Assembly: GCA_965637545.1 (NCBI GenBank)
Contig: OZ281500.1
Span: 21,018,001 to 21,082,000, forward strand
Length of the DNA stretch: 64,000 nucleotides
Source of the DNA: Phallusia mammillata
Taxonomy: Eukaryota
Direction of reading: 5' to 3'
The position numbers were made by a program, and so were the translations under genes. How positions within the stretch are numbered: position 1 is the stretch's first letter; each line of letters begins with the position of its first letter. Of the stretch, positions 50,311 through 61,161 are shown one piece after another. The notes under the pieces were generated by a model. The model ran no database searches, was not told the DNA's origin, and worked only from the letters and a program-made list of their open reading frames with translations.

Positions 50311-52208
50311 GATAAAAGAACACTGGGAATGTGTCCGACGTAGACTGTGGGTTGAAGCAAATAGAAACATAAAACATGGTTATATTATATACGCAGCGTA
50401 ATGCGATACAGTATTATTTAGTTTTTTTAACAGACCTGCTTGTTGTAAATAAAACGAATAGCGATTGATTTAAGTCGACTTTGATCCGATCAACATGTTT
50501 TTATTTCGCTGCGACAGCAGTTTAGGTGTACAGAAATAGTAATCATGTAACGATCATCTGTAAACTGTTGTTGATCTGGACTTTAATACGATTTGTGCCC
50601 ACAGTTTTGACACAACATATTCCAAACACCCGTAAGTGGTTCAATGTAGTTTTTCAAAATCGGTTTTATTGACTAAAGACAAGCATGGGCACCGGCAGAA
50701 AACTTTCCAAGTGGGTTCGAATTTTGACACAAACATATACTTACATGGATGGATTACGATTTTAAGTAATTATGTACATTTAGGCATTGATTATATACAG
50801 TAGAATTGCGTTGACTAAAACCTAATACACTCAACGACGTAAAAGCCACGCGCCCAACACGCATTTGTCTTGACCGCGACAAGAAAAAAGGTAGACATTG
50901 TTAACCACGCTTGTTAGACTTTTACCTTTCTCTACTTTACTTCTCAGAACACTCATGGTACAAGTGTTTTGTGCTAACTAGCAAACCAAGACTTGCGATC
51001 CAAAGGCCCTTGTGTGTTTTTGTGCCATGTGGATGTTCTGTCAGTAGTCCTCGTTTTAAATGAAGGATAAAACGTTAAATCACCAAGTAGTCAAATTATC
51101 TAGAAATAGTAAACGCAAGTTACAGGAACCGCTCCTTAATGGTGACATAATATTTACCTACGCATTAATTTTACTGTAGTAAATAACTGCAACTTTAGCT
51201 TTGAAACGAGGGAAACAGCACAGACCTGCGGCGAAAATTCCGTCGATTAACGCATCAAAACATTGACGTCATGATATCATTTTTACGTGCGCAGTGTGCG
51301 TTTCTCCTTAGTGTTTTCAGGGGTCGTAAATTTCTATTTTTTCGTGTCTGACTCACAATAGAACAATTGAAATCCGATATATTTTTTTTATCTGGGATTG
51401 ACGTATCCTGGAACACGTGTGTTATTGTTTAACTGACTGCGCGGTCTTTTAATCGTTAAAACACTGCCCAACGATAAAATCAAAGAAGTATATTTAAAGT
51501 AAAAACTTTAAAATTGATATATGTGCAAAATCTACGTGATTGAGCTTGGTTATTATGTTTCTTTTACTGGCTTTAGACTACAAGTTCATAAGCATAGAGG
51601 ACTTTTAATCTAAATATAAGTTGTGAGACAAGTAATTTCATTTACAATGTTAGGGTTAAACAAGTGGTACTTGAACATATGTGCCAAGCCTCAATTTGAA
51701 TATTAGTCACTTCCGTTTTTACACCGACATCTAAAACATCCTTGTTATGTTAACTGTCTGTAGGCAGCCGAAAATTCTTACATATTACCTTTATTCTTAA
51801 ATAATGCAAATAATGCGTCGTTTTGCACGCTTGGTTTAAGCTACAAAACTGTTTTTAACGACACCTGTATACTTGTCTGTGAATATTTTTGAAATATTAG
51901 TATAAGCCCACACCTTTTATTTTTTTATAATATCTACTTATTAAAATACAATCCATACTTACTTAAAAAAACGATTCAAATAACGATAACATGTAACCTA
52001 TCTTGTCATCATTTAAAACTTTATCGCATCAGTATCACCCTCAGGATTTCACAACACATGCACACTTAATTGTTTTGTTTTCCACCAGCTGATATAACAA
52101 GGTACTTGACAAGTGTTAGTCCGGAACTTACGTAAGACCAGCTTTTTGTGTTTGTAATCTAAAGCCAATGATGACGTTTTTGTAAAAGCATAGAGCCAAT
52201 AAATGATA

Positions 52209-52260
52209 AGCTGCAGACAGTGCACACTCTTTCGACCTATAAGGTCTCATCAGTGCAGCT
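52209..52260 (-). ncRNA. Type I hammerhead ribozyme, intact core, in the putative 3' UTR of ASNS copy 2
   Basis: Minus strand reads AGCTGCA-CTGATGA-GACC(TTATA)GGTC-GAAA-GAGTGTGCACT-GTC^TGCAGCT: 7-bp stem I, CUGAUGA and GAAA core, 4-bp stem II, GUC cleavage triplet (cut between 52216/52215). One G-G mismatch in stem III. Confidence 0.85.
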
Positions 52261-52520
52261 GGTGACGAGAGATCGGCCGCATTGGCTAGTGTAGCCATTC
52301 AACGGCACTCCAGTTTGTTGGGAGCACAGGGTACAACCCCATGCATCACCTAGTCTGTGCGATGCCACAACTGGACATACAGCACAGATGAAACTGGCTC
52401 ACAGTGGCCAAGCAACTGCTTGGGAACCACAGTGAATTAGTCGGCTCAGTGTCACAGTATCAATGTAAAAGCATAGAGCCAAAATGCTACACTAGCCAAT
52501 GCGGCCGATCTCTCGTCACC

Positions 52521-52572
52521 AGCTGCACAGATGAGACCTTATAGGTCGAAACAGTGTGCACTGTCTGCAGCT
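52521..52572 (+). ncRNA. Hammerhead ribozyme copy with a core mutation (CAGAUGA), inverted partner of 52209-52260
   Basis: AGCTGCA-CAGATGA-GACCTTATAGGTC-GAAACAGTGTGCACTGTC^TGCAGCT. All stems are perfect but U4 is replaced by A. Confidence 0.75.
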
Positions 52573-52631
52573 TAATGATGACGTTGTTTTGAAAGGATGG
52601 TCATTTTAACGTCATATAGCTTAACAAGTGT

Positions 52632-55600
52632 CTAAATACGTATTAGTGTGTTATCTTTCGAGTCTTCGTCATTTTTATAATGGGATAGCACTCTTGCGCT
52701 TGGGTCATTTGGATCACTGGATTCGATCCATTTTGGCATCCACTGATAAGGAATGAGCGTTGCAAGCTCAGAGCCAAATCTTTCTTCAAACACCGATCTG
52801 TAGTAATATGCTTCCTTGCTTTTTGGTGTCACATGAGGAAATATTTCAGCAGCATTTAACAATTGCTCATCAGTCACCTGCAAATAAAATAGTTTCTTGA
52901 AACACTATTAGCCTAATTATTTTTAATTGTTATTTAATGATCAGAATGTTCAATATTACCCCCTTTAAACGACATACCTATGATAGTCTTGACAAACTAC
53001 ATAAAAATTCTTGACAAACTACATGAAACTACCTTTGATGTAATTACCACAATTAAATTGTTTGCCATAAAATTACCACAATGAAAATACCTGCTTCGAA
53101 TTTTTTTGCAATCCAATTACCACGATCAAAATACTTAAAAAAAATTTACCACGAAGAAAAGATCCTGTCATAAAAATACCGGCAATTGAATTACCACGAT
53201 GAGCCTACCAGGATAAAACAGTTGCGATGAAATTACTTGCGATAAAATTATTGGCAATGAAACAAACACCAGGAAGTTGAAAAAAACTACCACGATGAAA
53301 AAGCTGCGTTAAAAACACCACTGTGTTGAAACGATAAAACTACTTTGTTATGGGCTAAAAACAACGACTACTTGCCCAAATATATTATTAACATCAAATT
53401 TCACCTTATTCTCAATGTGATCCTGAAGAATCTTATACCAAGATTTCTTACTGGATGCCATTCCGTCACTAAAACCTTCTTTTCTTCTCCACAAAATCTC
53501 ATCAGGTATCAACTCAGCTCCGTCGAATGCTGAGCGTACGAGATGCTTTTCCAGTCCGTTCTGCGTATGTTGTAAGCAGTTTCAAACAATTAAACTGAAG
53601 ATCTTTTCGTTGCAAACTAATTTCTTGAACTTTTTCTGTATGTCCCTCTAAAGTCTAAACCATTAGTTAAAGGCCACCCTTAGAGCATTTAATAGTGGCC
53701 ATTTGTGCTTACTTTGAGGGAAGTTGTTCTTACTTTGTAAACCCCTCGTTTAGGAAGACTTTAATCTGTTTTGCTATTTTATTGTGTCAATTTGTAGAGA
53801 TTTTAATTCGCATGCAATTCTGAGATGCGTTTTAATAGGCAGTTTCGATTCTAAAAAACAAGTCAACTAGACCAGTGGTTCTCAACCGCCGGTCCGCGTC
53901 AACTTTCCTGCCGGTCCGCCAAATATAATTATTACGATTTTATAACTCAATTACAAAATGCAAGATGTTGACGGCAGAGAAATCGTGTGGAAGTAAACGC
54001 TCTACTTCCTTGCAGAAATTTTATTAAACCGCGTTTAACACGTATAATATCCAACAGACATACTTCTTTTGAATTGCATATTTTTGTCGGAATTACATTT
54101 TGGGTTGATTTTGAAAGCCCACTGGCCCGCAAAATTTGTTTTGAGAGTTTACCGGTCCGTGAATGAAAACACGATGAAGATTTCGTATTTTTTGACTTGC
54201 GATAAAGTCCTTTTTAAAACACTTTAGGAACACTGGGATTTAAGAAACAAACTGTTGTTCATAGTTTCACAAAATACGCCTTTACCTTGGGCATTCTCAT
54301 TTCCGGCGGCAGTGATAAGAAATAGGAAGTAAATGCGTGATCAAGAAATGGGACTCGAACTTCTAAACCATGTGATGCCGTACTTCGGTCCGTACGCAAC
54401 ACGTCGTACAAGTACAGATCTTTCAGAATGCGTCTAAAAAACAAGGCATTCATCTGGTGTGTTTTTCTTAAGCCGATTGGACTATGTTGCAACTTATTTT
54501 GCGGGACTGACATAAACCGGGATTCAAATAAACGTTTTGAAGGTTAACTGTTTTTTTGCATTTTAAATACACTAAGCTTTAACATACATATAACTTTTGA
54601 ATTTCGTGACAACTTTTTTACAGTGAAACAACTATTTTAATAAGCTACACACTGAGAACGTATACTATGTACGTAAAAAGAAAACAGAAAAAAGCCGAAA
54701 TTTACTTGCTTTCTTTGTCGCCCTCTTCCGGCGACGGTTGTTTGTGGAAATAAATATATCCCTGTGCCAGCTCGTCGGCGCCCTCTCCCGACATAAGCAC
54801 AATTGTTTCAGTTTTATTTTTAATGTAGTTCGCCAGGAGATACATTGCTGTGTGATAAAAAAACAGAGTTATTCGACACAACGATTGGTTCAGTTTGATT
54901 CACTCAATCACCACATACGGACTGAAGCTCTCACGGTTATGATGTCATAGCTCTCAATCGCGTAAATTACGTCATTTACAGCTTGAAGTGCTTCTTCAGG
55001 ACTGACAATTACCTCGTGGTGTATGCTTCCAATGCACGCCGATACCTGTTTTGCATAAAAATGTGAGTTTAAAATTCAGTACATTTAGTAAAATGCAGAC
55101 AGTGCACAATGTTTCGTCCTATAAGGTCTCATCGGTGCAGCTGGTGGCAAGAGATCGGCCGTATTAGCTAGTGTAACCAACTAATGGCACTCCAGTTTGT
55201 TGGAAGTAACAGACAGAAAAGCTATACTTCGACCAATTCGACTCGATGCCGCAACTGGGTACAAACCACAGAGGAAACTTTATTGTCTTGATGTTTACAT
55301 ATCAATGTAGCCTATTTAGGCTGTGCTAAAGAATTTGTGAAAAAAAACATTGCTTTCAAACTGTTCATTTACATTTCCAATTTTTCTGACTTTACCTTTC
55401 TAGCTGCTTTCAGATCGGGACTTTCATTCATTCCAATTGAGAAGGTGTTGAACGGGAACGGAGAGTTATTCTCCGATAATTTTCGAGCGGTAATAGCAGC
55501 AACCAACGATGAGTCCAAACCACCTGGAGTTATGAAATCATAGATTCGAAATTAGCCAAGATGAACGTACATTCATTACTACAATCAAAAGTATTGGACT

Positions 55601-57947
55601 AGCGGCCATGGCACAATCATGTATAACCCATAGTAAGCCGGGCCTATACTTTTGGCGTTATGTTGCATCAACCGTGCAAGGTATAGGTGATGGAAAGACA
55701 TGCAGACCAAAAAAAAGGGAATCTGAAATTTTATGTTAATGCTTCTATCAGGTAAACATATCGTCTCTTATAAAACGTCATTAAAATAGGTGCCACCTGA
55801 CAAAAGGCTTCCGACTGGTCTTGTTGACATCAATCGTTTTTCGACTGCTTTGGTGAATAATGTCCGAATATTTTTCTTGATCGACTCAAACTCAGATCCT
55901 AAAAACAACACAATCGGTTTGTTCGCGGGCCCGATTTTTTTACACAAAGCCTGAACTGAAAGTTGCTGAAATTTCAACATCGCTACAATATACACTCCGA
56001 ATCTAGCCCGTTTTATCCAAGTATTGCTATTTTGTGTCAATTTGTAGAGATAGAGATTCGCATGCAATTCTGAAATGCGTTTTAAACAGGCAATTTCGAT
56101 TCTAAAAACAAAGCCAGTTATATTGTTTTTTATTTGACTGATAAATACCCACAAAATAGCAATAGGGAACTTTTTGTTTTAAAAGTTAATGAAATCACGA
56201 TGTCAATTGACAGTGGCTAGCCCGTTATACTTAAATTCAATTTAAACCCGATCCGAAAGTCCTAACCTAGAACTCTAAGTAACAAACCTATTTCAAGCCT
56301 AATGTCGTGATATTTCCAGTGAGTTGGCATGTCAACAAACCAGTGGAATCTTTTCATTTCTTCTAAACGTACACTACCATTGCCATCAACATCATAAACG
56401 GCGCAGTGACCTGGTAGAAATGGCTTAAAAAACTGTTGCCCTCCGTTTTGCTTCTCCCAAATATCGACAAGACCTGAAAAAAAAGTTTGGTTTCAGAAAA
56501 CATCGAAAAAAGTATTTCAAGCTTTTTTGGGCAATTAATCAAAAAATACCTTTTGCTTCGGAACAGCAAGCAACTTGTCCAGTCGTTGTAGCGAAATAAA
56601 ACATTGGTCTGACGCCGTACGAGTCACGTGCCAGCATAACCTTGCGCCTCCTGGTGTCGACAATAATAATTGCAAAAGTGCCGTCCAGCAGCGAACATGC
56701 TTTCTACAATAACAAACTGGTTTAATTGTAACTGGAAATAATTTTGTGTATAACTTGATACAAAAGAGTTACCTCAATACCAAACTTGTTGTAGAGATGA
56801 ATAATTATTTCACAATCAGATTCGGTTTCATGTTCAAAATCAAACTCTCTTTGAAGCTGTGATAAAAGTAAGATATAATGTAGTTTGTTCTTATTTAGCG
56901 TTAAGACTTGAGGGGAGAAATTTACTCTAATTTTTACATGTGGTTTGTAAATAGACATCTCTGGGAATATAACCATATAAAAGTTCATAAAAGAACCAAT
57001 TTTAAAGGGTCTTTGAATGATTTAATATCTATGTATATTTTAGAGAGAGAAAAAAAAAAAAAAAAAAAAAGTATTTTGAATTGTTAGAGGAGGAAGGTTG
57101 AGAACGACTGTACTAGACCATTATCTTGATGAAAGCGTTTCGTATGGGATATGGAAACGTCGGTTGTTTATAATAAAACTGCTGGAAGAGAAATACTCGT
57201 TTATACTTATGCCTGGCAGCAACATCTTATTTGTTAAACTTCTTATTGGTTTCATCGTTACTTTGTATTCATACGAGTATTGCACATTGCGTAAAGTCAA
57301 GTTAAAGTTTTTACCCTTGTGTAGTTGTAGATTTCTCCATTGCACAGAAGGGTAATATGGGGGTATGCTTGAAGGGTCATAGGCTGCAATTCAAATACAA
57401 ACAAAAGGGTAAATAAATACATAAGGAATTCAAGTACGAGCAGAAATTAGTTTCTGAATAATACAACTCAAGTTAAAATAGCAAAAAATCATTGTAAAAT
57501 TTGTCAGAATTTGCAGACAGTGCACACTCTTTCGACCTATAAGGTCTCATCAGTGCAGCTGGTGACGAGAGATCGGCCGCACTGGCTAGTTTAACCATTC
57601 AACGGCACTCGAGTTTGTTGGGAGCACAGGGTACAACCCCATGCATCACCTAGTCTGTGCGATGCCACAACTGGGCATACAGATACTGTGCACTGTCTGC
57701 AGCTTATCATTTATTGGCTCTATGCTTTTACATTGTCAGAATATATTTTAAAGTAATCGAAATGTACCTGTATACCAGTAGCCCCTCCCATTATAGCAAG
57801 CCTGTGAAACGCCACGCTGCATGATTTCATTGAGCTGATATTCTGAATTTGGAAATTATCCGGCCCTCGGTGAGCGATCCTGAACGCGCTTGTGTAATTT
57901 TCGACTTTACTTGTATCAAAACCGAATATTCCCCAAATTCCACACAT
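52632..57947 (-). CDS. ASNS: Asparagine synthetase (glutamine-hydrolysing), copy 2
   Basis: 12 coding exons (minus) with the same phases as copy 1: 57947-57768, 57383-57315, 56856-56773, 56703-56550, 56473-56288, 55898-55797, 55523-55396, 55045-54919, 54847-54706, 54433-54286, 53560-53405, 52877-52632. Motifs: MCGIW, HRGPD, NGEIYN, SGGLDSS, SGEGADE, KEGFSDG, DPSAR. Confidence 0.95.
53030..53330. repeat. Degenerate minisatellite (AATTACCACGATGAAA-like units) in the last intron of ASNS copy 2
   Basis: Many imperfect TACCAC(G/A)AT units spaced roughly 15-30 bp apart. Confidence 0.65.
55094..55142 (-). ncRNA. Degenerate hammerhead ribozyme copy in an ASNS copy 2 intron
   Basis: AGCTGCA-CCGATGA-GACCTTATAGGAC-GAAACATTGTGCACTGTC^TGCA: core U4C and a stem II mismatch. 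The repeat body continues to ~55265. Confidence 0.65.
57121..57230 (+). mobile_element. Penelope-like pLTR remnant with a degenerate hammerhead
   Basis: TTGATGA...GAAACGTC followed by AATAAAACTGCTGGAAGAG...TATGCCTGGCAGCAA. Parts of this sequence are shared with 8806-8925, ~15575-15600 and 49505-49567. Confidence 0.55.
57511..57732 (-). mobile_element. Truncated retrozyme-like insertion with an inverted tail, 10-bp TSD
   Basis: TTGTCAGAAT at 57501-57510 and 57733-57742. The body is nearly identical to 52212-52382; inverted segment 57687-57732. Confidence 0.75.
57512..57560 (-). ncRNA. Type I hammerhead ribozyme, intact core, in the first coding intron of ASNS copy 2 (sense strand)
   Basis: Same sequence as 52209-52260 but with stem I shortened to 4 bp (TGCA/TGCA). 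Lies in an insertion 57511-57732 flanked by a 10-bp direct repeat TTGTCAGAAT. Confidence 0.8.
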
Positions 57948-58224
57948 GCTTAAAACTGTAGGCTTACTTGTGCTAAATCCCCTGCAGAACTATGAAGTGG
58001 CATTGATATTGTTGAGAAAACTGCGTATGGGAAGCACGCTGTTAAATCAGCGACAAAAGCCGAGACCATGAGATGAATAGGAAATTAATATAGTGGCTTT
58101 GGAAAGGATTTCCTAATATTTTGTTTTCATGATTTCCGAAGCAGCTTATTATTATGTATATCTCTTAGTCCGTACAATACATATGTTTTGTACATGGATA
58201 ACATAAGGCAAGGTTTATGTGTAT

Positions 58225-58976
58225 GTAACGTTTCTAGGTAGCCTTTTTAGTCTAAATTAACTATTTGAGCTATCATAAAAGCGCCACTAAATTTAGAGTA
58301 TAATCTTACGTTAATGTAGATTATATTATCTAGTTTATTCTATTAATGCGTGAGTTCACTAATTCGCTGATTGCTTTTTGTGTAACAACTAACTTTAGTT
58401 AAAGTTAAATTACTTTATGAAGATAAAACCTGTCTATAAACCAAACCTAGTTCCACTCCACCAAGTGATTTTAATATAGGCTATAACACACAAACAATTA
58501 TTATACACAAGACATAATGCTAATACATACAACTGTCAACACCACAGTAATCTGGCATTCAGTTCTAAAGAAACTGCATTCAACAAGCGTACAACTTCAC
58601 AGGCAACAACAGGGCAATCAGTCCAGTACACACGCTGGACGACTGCCGGAGGATAACACACTCTGTTTCGTAACGAAAGGTATAAATACTATGTCGTAGG
58701 TATGTGAACGCTAGAAAGGGCGATTACATGAAAAGCGCCAATACAAAAGAATGATGAAAGTTACACAATCAAACAGAATTAGCGGGCTATCGTTCATTTG
58801 AAGCACGACATTTTGTAGCTTAATTTGGCAGCGTTTACGTCATAGGGATTTCTCCCGAGTATACAGCGTTGGTCAGCAATTGACCTGTCCCGAGGACAAA
58901 TTGCACGACGTTTTGTTTCAGGTTGTTGGGAAACAGATTATGTTGTAATCAAACATGTTGGTTTTAAACCCAACAG
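58225..58976. repeat. Proximal copy of a local ~750-bp non-coding duplication (distal copy 60531-62107)
   Basis: Near-identical sequence at 60531-60615, 61170-61180 and 61505-62107, where the distal copy is interrupted by two transposon insertions. Confidence 0.9.
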
Positions 58977-60615
58977 TGTATAAAAGGCACAGTTATAAGT
59001 CGGGCCGGGTTTTTGAAGTCGCGTTACGGCTTCAGTTTGAATAAAACAGGCCTACATTTGCACTCGGTCTCATTTATGTCGTTATTTTATTGAATCTTAC
59101 TTTCGCGCATAATTCCAGCTTATTCTTGTCTACATAAAAACCCGGTTCGGGTCCCAATTTCGAGCTCGCTTGGGTTGAATAGAGTTGAGTTTGTTTTGCT
59201 CGGTGAAAAAAAACGTAGTACACAATTGCTCTACAATATTCACTTATGTAAGGGTGGACACTTAAATGACCTAATCGTTGCCAAAATACAAATTATGGTG
59301 TCTAGTAGAGATGTACTGAATCGGCTAAATAGGCTAAAAACAGAAATATTAATTTCGCCTATTTGGGCATCGTCAGTTTCCTTAATTTCGCCTATTTGGG
59401 CATCGTCAGTTTCCGTCTCGATGCCCAAATAGGCGAAATTAATATTTCTGTTTCTCAAAAATAAAACATTACACTGACGCTGATCGTCTGCTGCTCTTTT
59501 TGAGTACATTTTGTGTATATCTGATAAGTGTAGACAGATCCGTCGGTCACCACCCAGTTACACAGGCTCATTCTTGTAGTCTGCTATGACATTACACTTA
59601 CATCTTTTGAATTGATTTTTCTTTCATGCTGCATGCACTGCCGTTTTACCTTTTTACTAAAGGTTTTTCTGGAGGACTAGCCATGTTTGACTTTGCCCAA
59701 ATCCCTTTAATTATTCTGAATATACTTCCTTGGTAAAAATAGCCAAGGCAACTTTTCACTTTTGATCTGTCCTTTCTAATTGATCTGTCCTTTCTGCCAC
59801 CATTTAGTCTACCCTTTTTCTTTGCAAAACACACTGAAGCATCTGTTCACAGCTTAAGGTTCAGCTTGACAAAGCTTCGGCAGCCTAGTATACGTCGCCC
59901 ATAGTCGGATGTAAAAGGGTTGTTTGGTATTTAGACAGTGTGTCCCAAACTGTGAGTTGGTCGCATGAAAATTTATATGAGTCGCTTGTTTTTGTAGCAA
60001 AAACATCTAATTCCTAACTTTTTTGTAGCGGTTTGTTTATTTCCCCAAACAGTTGCATAATACTAATTTCATGACAACTTACTTTGACGTATCAATGTTT
60101 GATTTTGTTTGTAACGTCATACATTTTTAACCTCACTGGTGAGTGTTGTGTGGCTGATAAATGCATCTGTGGTGCGCGTGGCCGTTCGTTACTACAATTT
60201 AAAGAGATATACCACCATCCATAACCACCCAAGCTCCTGACCTTGTCAGGACCGAGTCCTGGAAACTCCACACAAGTGTCTTGCACTTAAAAGCCAGAAC
60301 AAAAAAATTAAGAGATGAAAACACAGTGCTGTTTTATGTATACCGGGGGAAAAAAGCGTTAAATTTACACATGTGCTCTTGCGATTGGCTCTTGCACAAT
60401 TCCACAAGTCCTAAAGTGTGTGTGCCACTGATAAGGTTGAAGGGCACTGGCTTTTATTCGGTTAGAATTTCAGCGCAATAAAACTAATTTTTGGACCTAA
60501 TTAAGCGCAATAAAACTAAGTTTTCTTACTGTAACGTTTCTAGGTAGTCTTTTTAGTCTAAATTAACTATTTGAACTATCATAAATCGCCACTAAATTAA
60601 GAGTATAATCTTACG

Positions 60616-61161
60616 CATAGGCGCCGAGTTTTGCAAAAATGCAAGGTGGCGGACTTGAAATATGACGTCATTTTATGTGACGTCACTAATGCGTGGCACC
60701 ACATGAGCTCAAACTCAAAGCCCAGCAAACTTCCCATAGAATGCAACGTTTGTCAAAATTGAAATAGTATTTATTTGGAACACTTTGCTGTGTAACGTTT
60801 ATCATTGGTTTAGCAGCGTTTAAAAAAATGTTTTGTCATGTTGTTTTTGCTTTGTATCACCTAAACTAACCATTTATTACAGCACAATTGAATTGTACAC
60901 AATAATGGCCAAACATTCACTGGCAACAATTGTGTGTTTGACCTCATAAACAAGGCACTAATCGAAACAGGTTGCAGTTTTTTGCTGCTTTTTCGCCAGC
61001 ACGCTTGTTAAGAAGCAAAACCGTTCCTGATTTTTCTCAGATTTTACAATGTTTCGCACGATACCGCTACAAACAAACCAAAATATCCACGGTGGCCGCC
61101 ACCGTGCTTTACAAACCCAAGGTGGCGGCGCCACTCCGCCACCGCCCACTCGGCGCCTATG
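60616..61161. mobile_element. hAT-type MITE (TIR CATAGGCGCCGAGT)
   Basis: Perfect 14-bp TIR, TSD ATCTTACG/ACCTTACG. The empty site is visible in the paralogous segment at ~58303-58310. Confidence 0.88.

Larger units (their letters stand above)
52179..52573 (-). mobile_element. Retrozyme-like non-autonomous retroelement: ~283-nt monomer plus an inverted partial copy, 12-bp TSD
   Basis: AATGATGACGTT at 52167-52178 and 52574-52585. TGTAAAAGCATAGAGCCAA recurs at 52181 and 52464 (283-nt period). 89-bp inverted arms 52207-52295 / 52486-52574. The same body occurs at 55094-55265 and 57511-57732. Confidence 0.75.

Noticed and set aside
53030-53330. CRISPR-like repeat-spacer array
   Set aside because: Eukaryotic intron, degenerate units with irregular spacing, no unique constant-length spacers and no cas genes.
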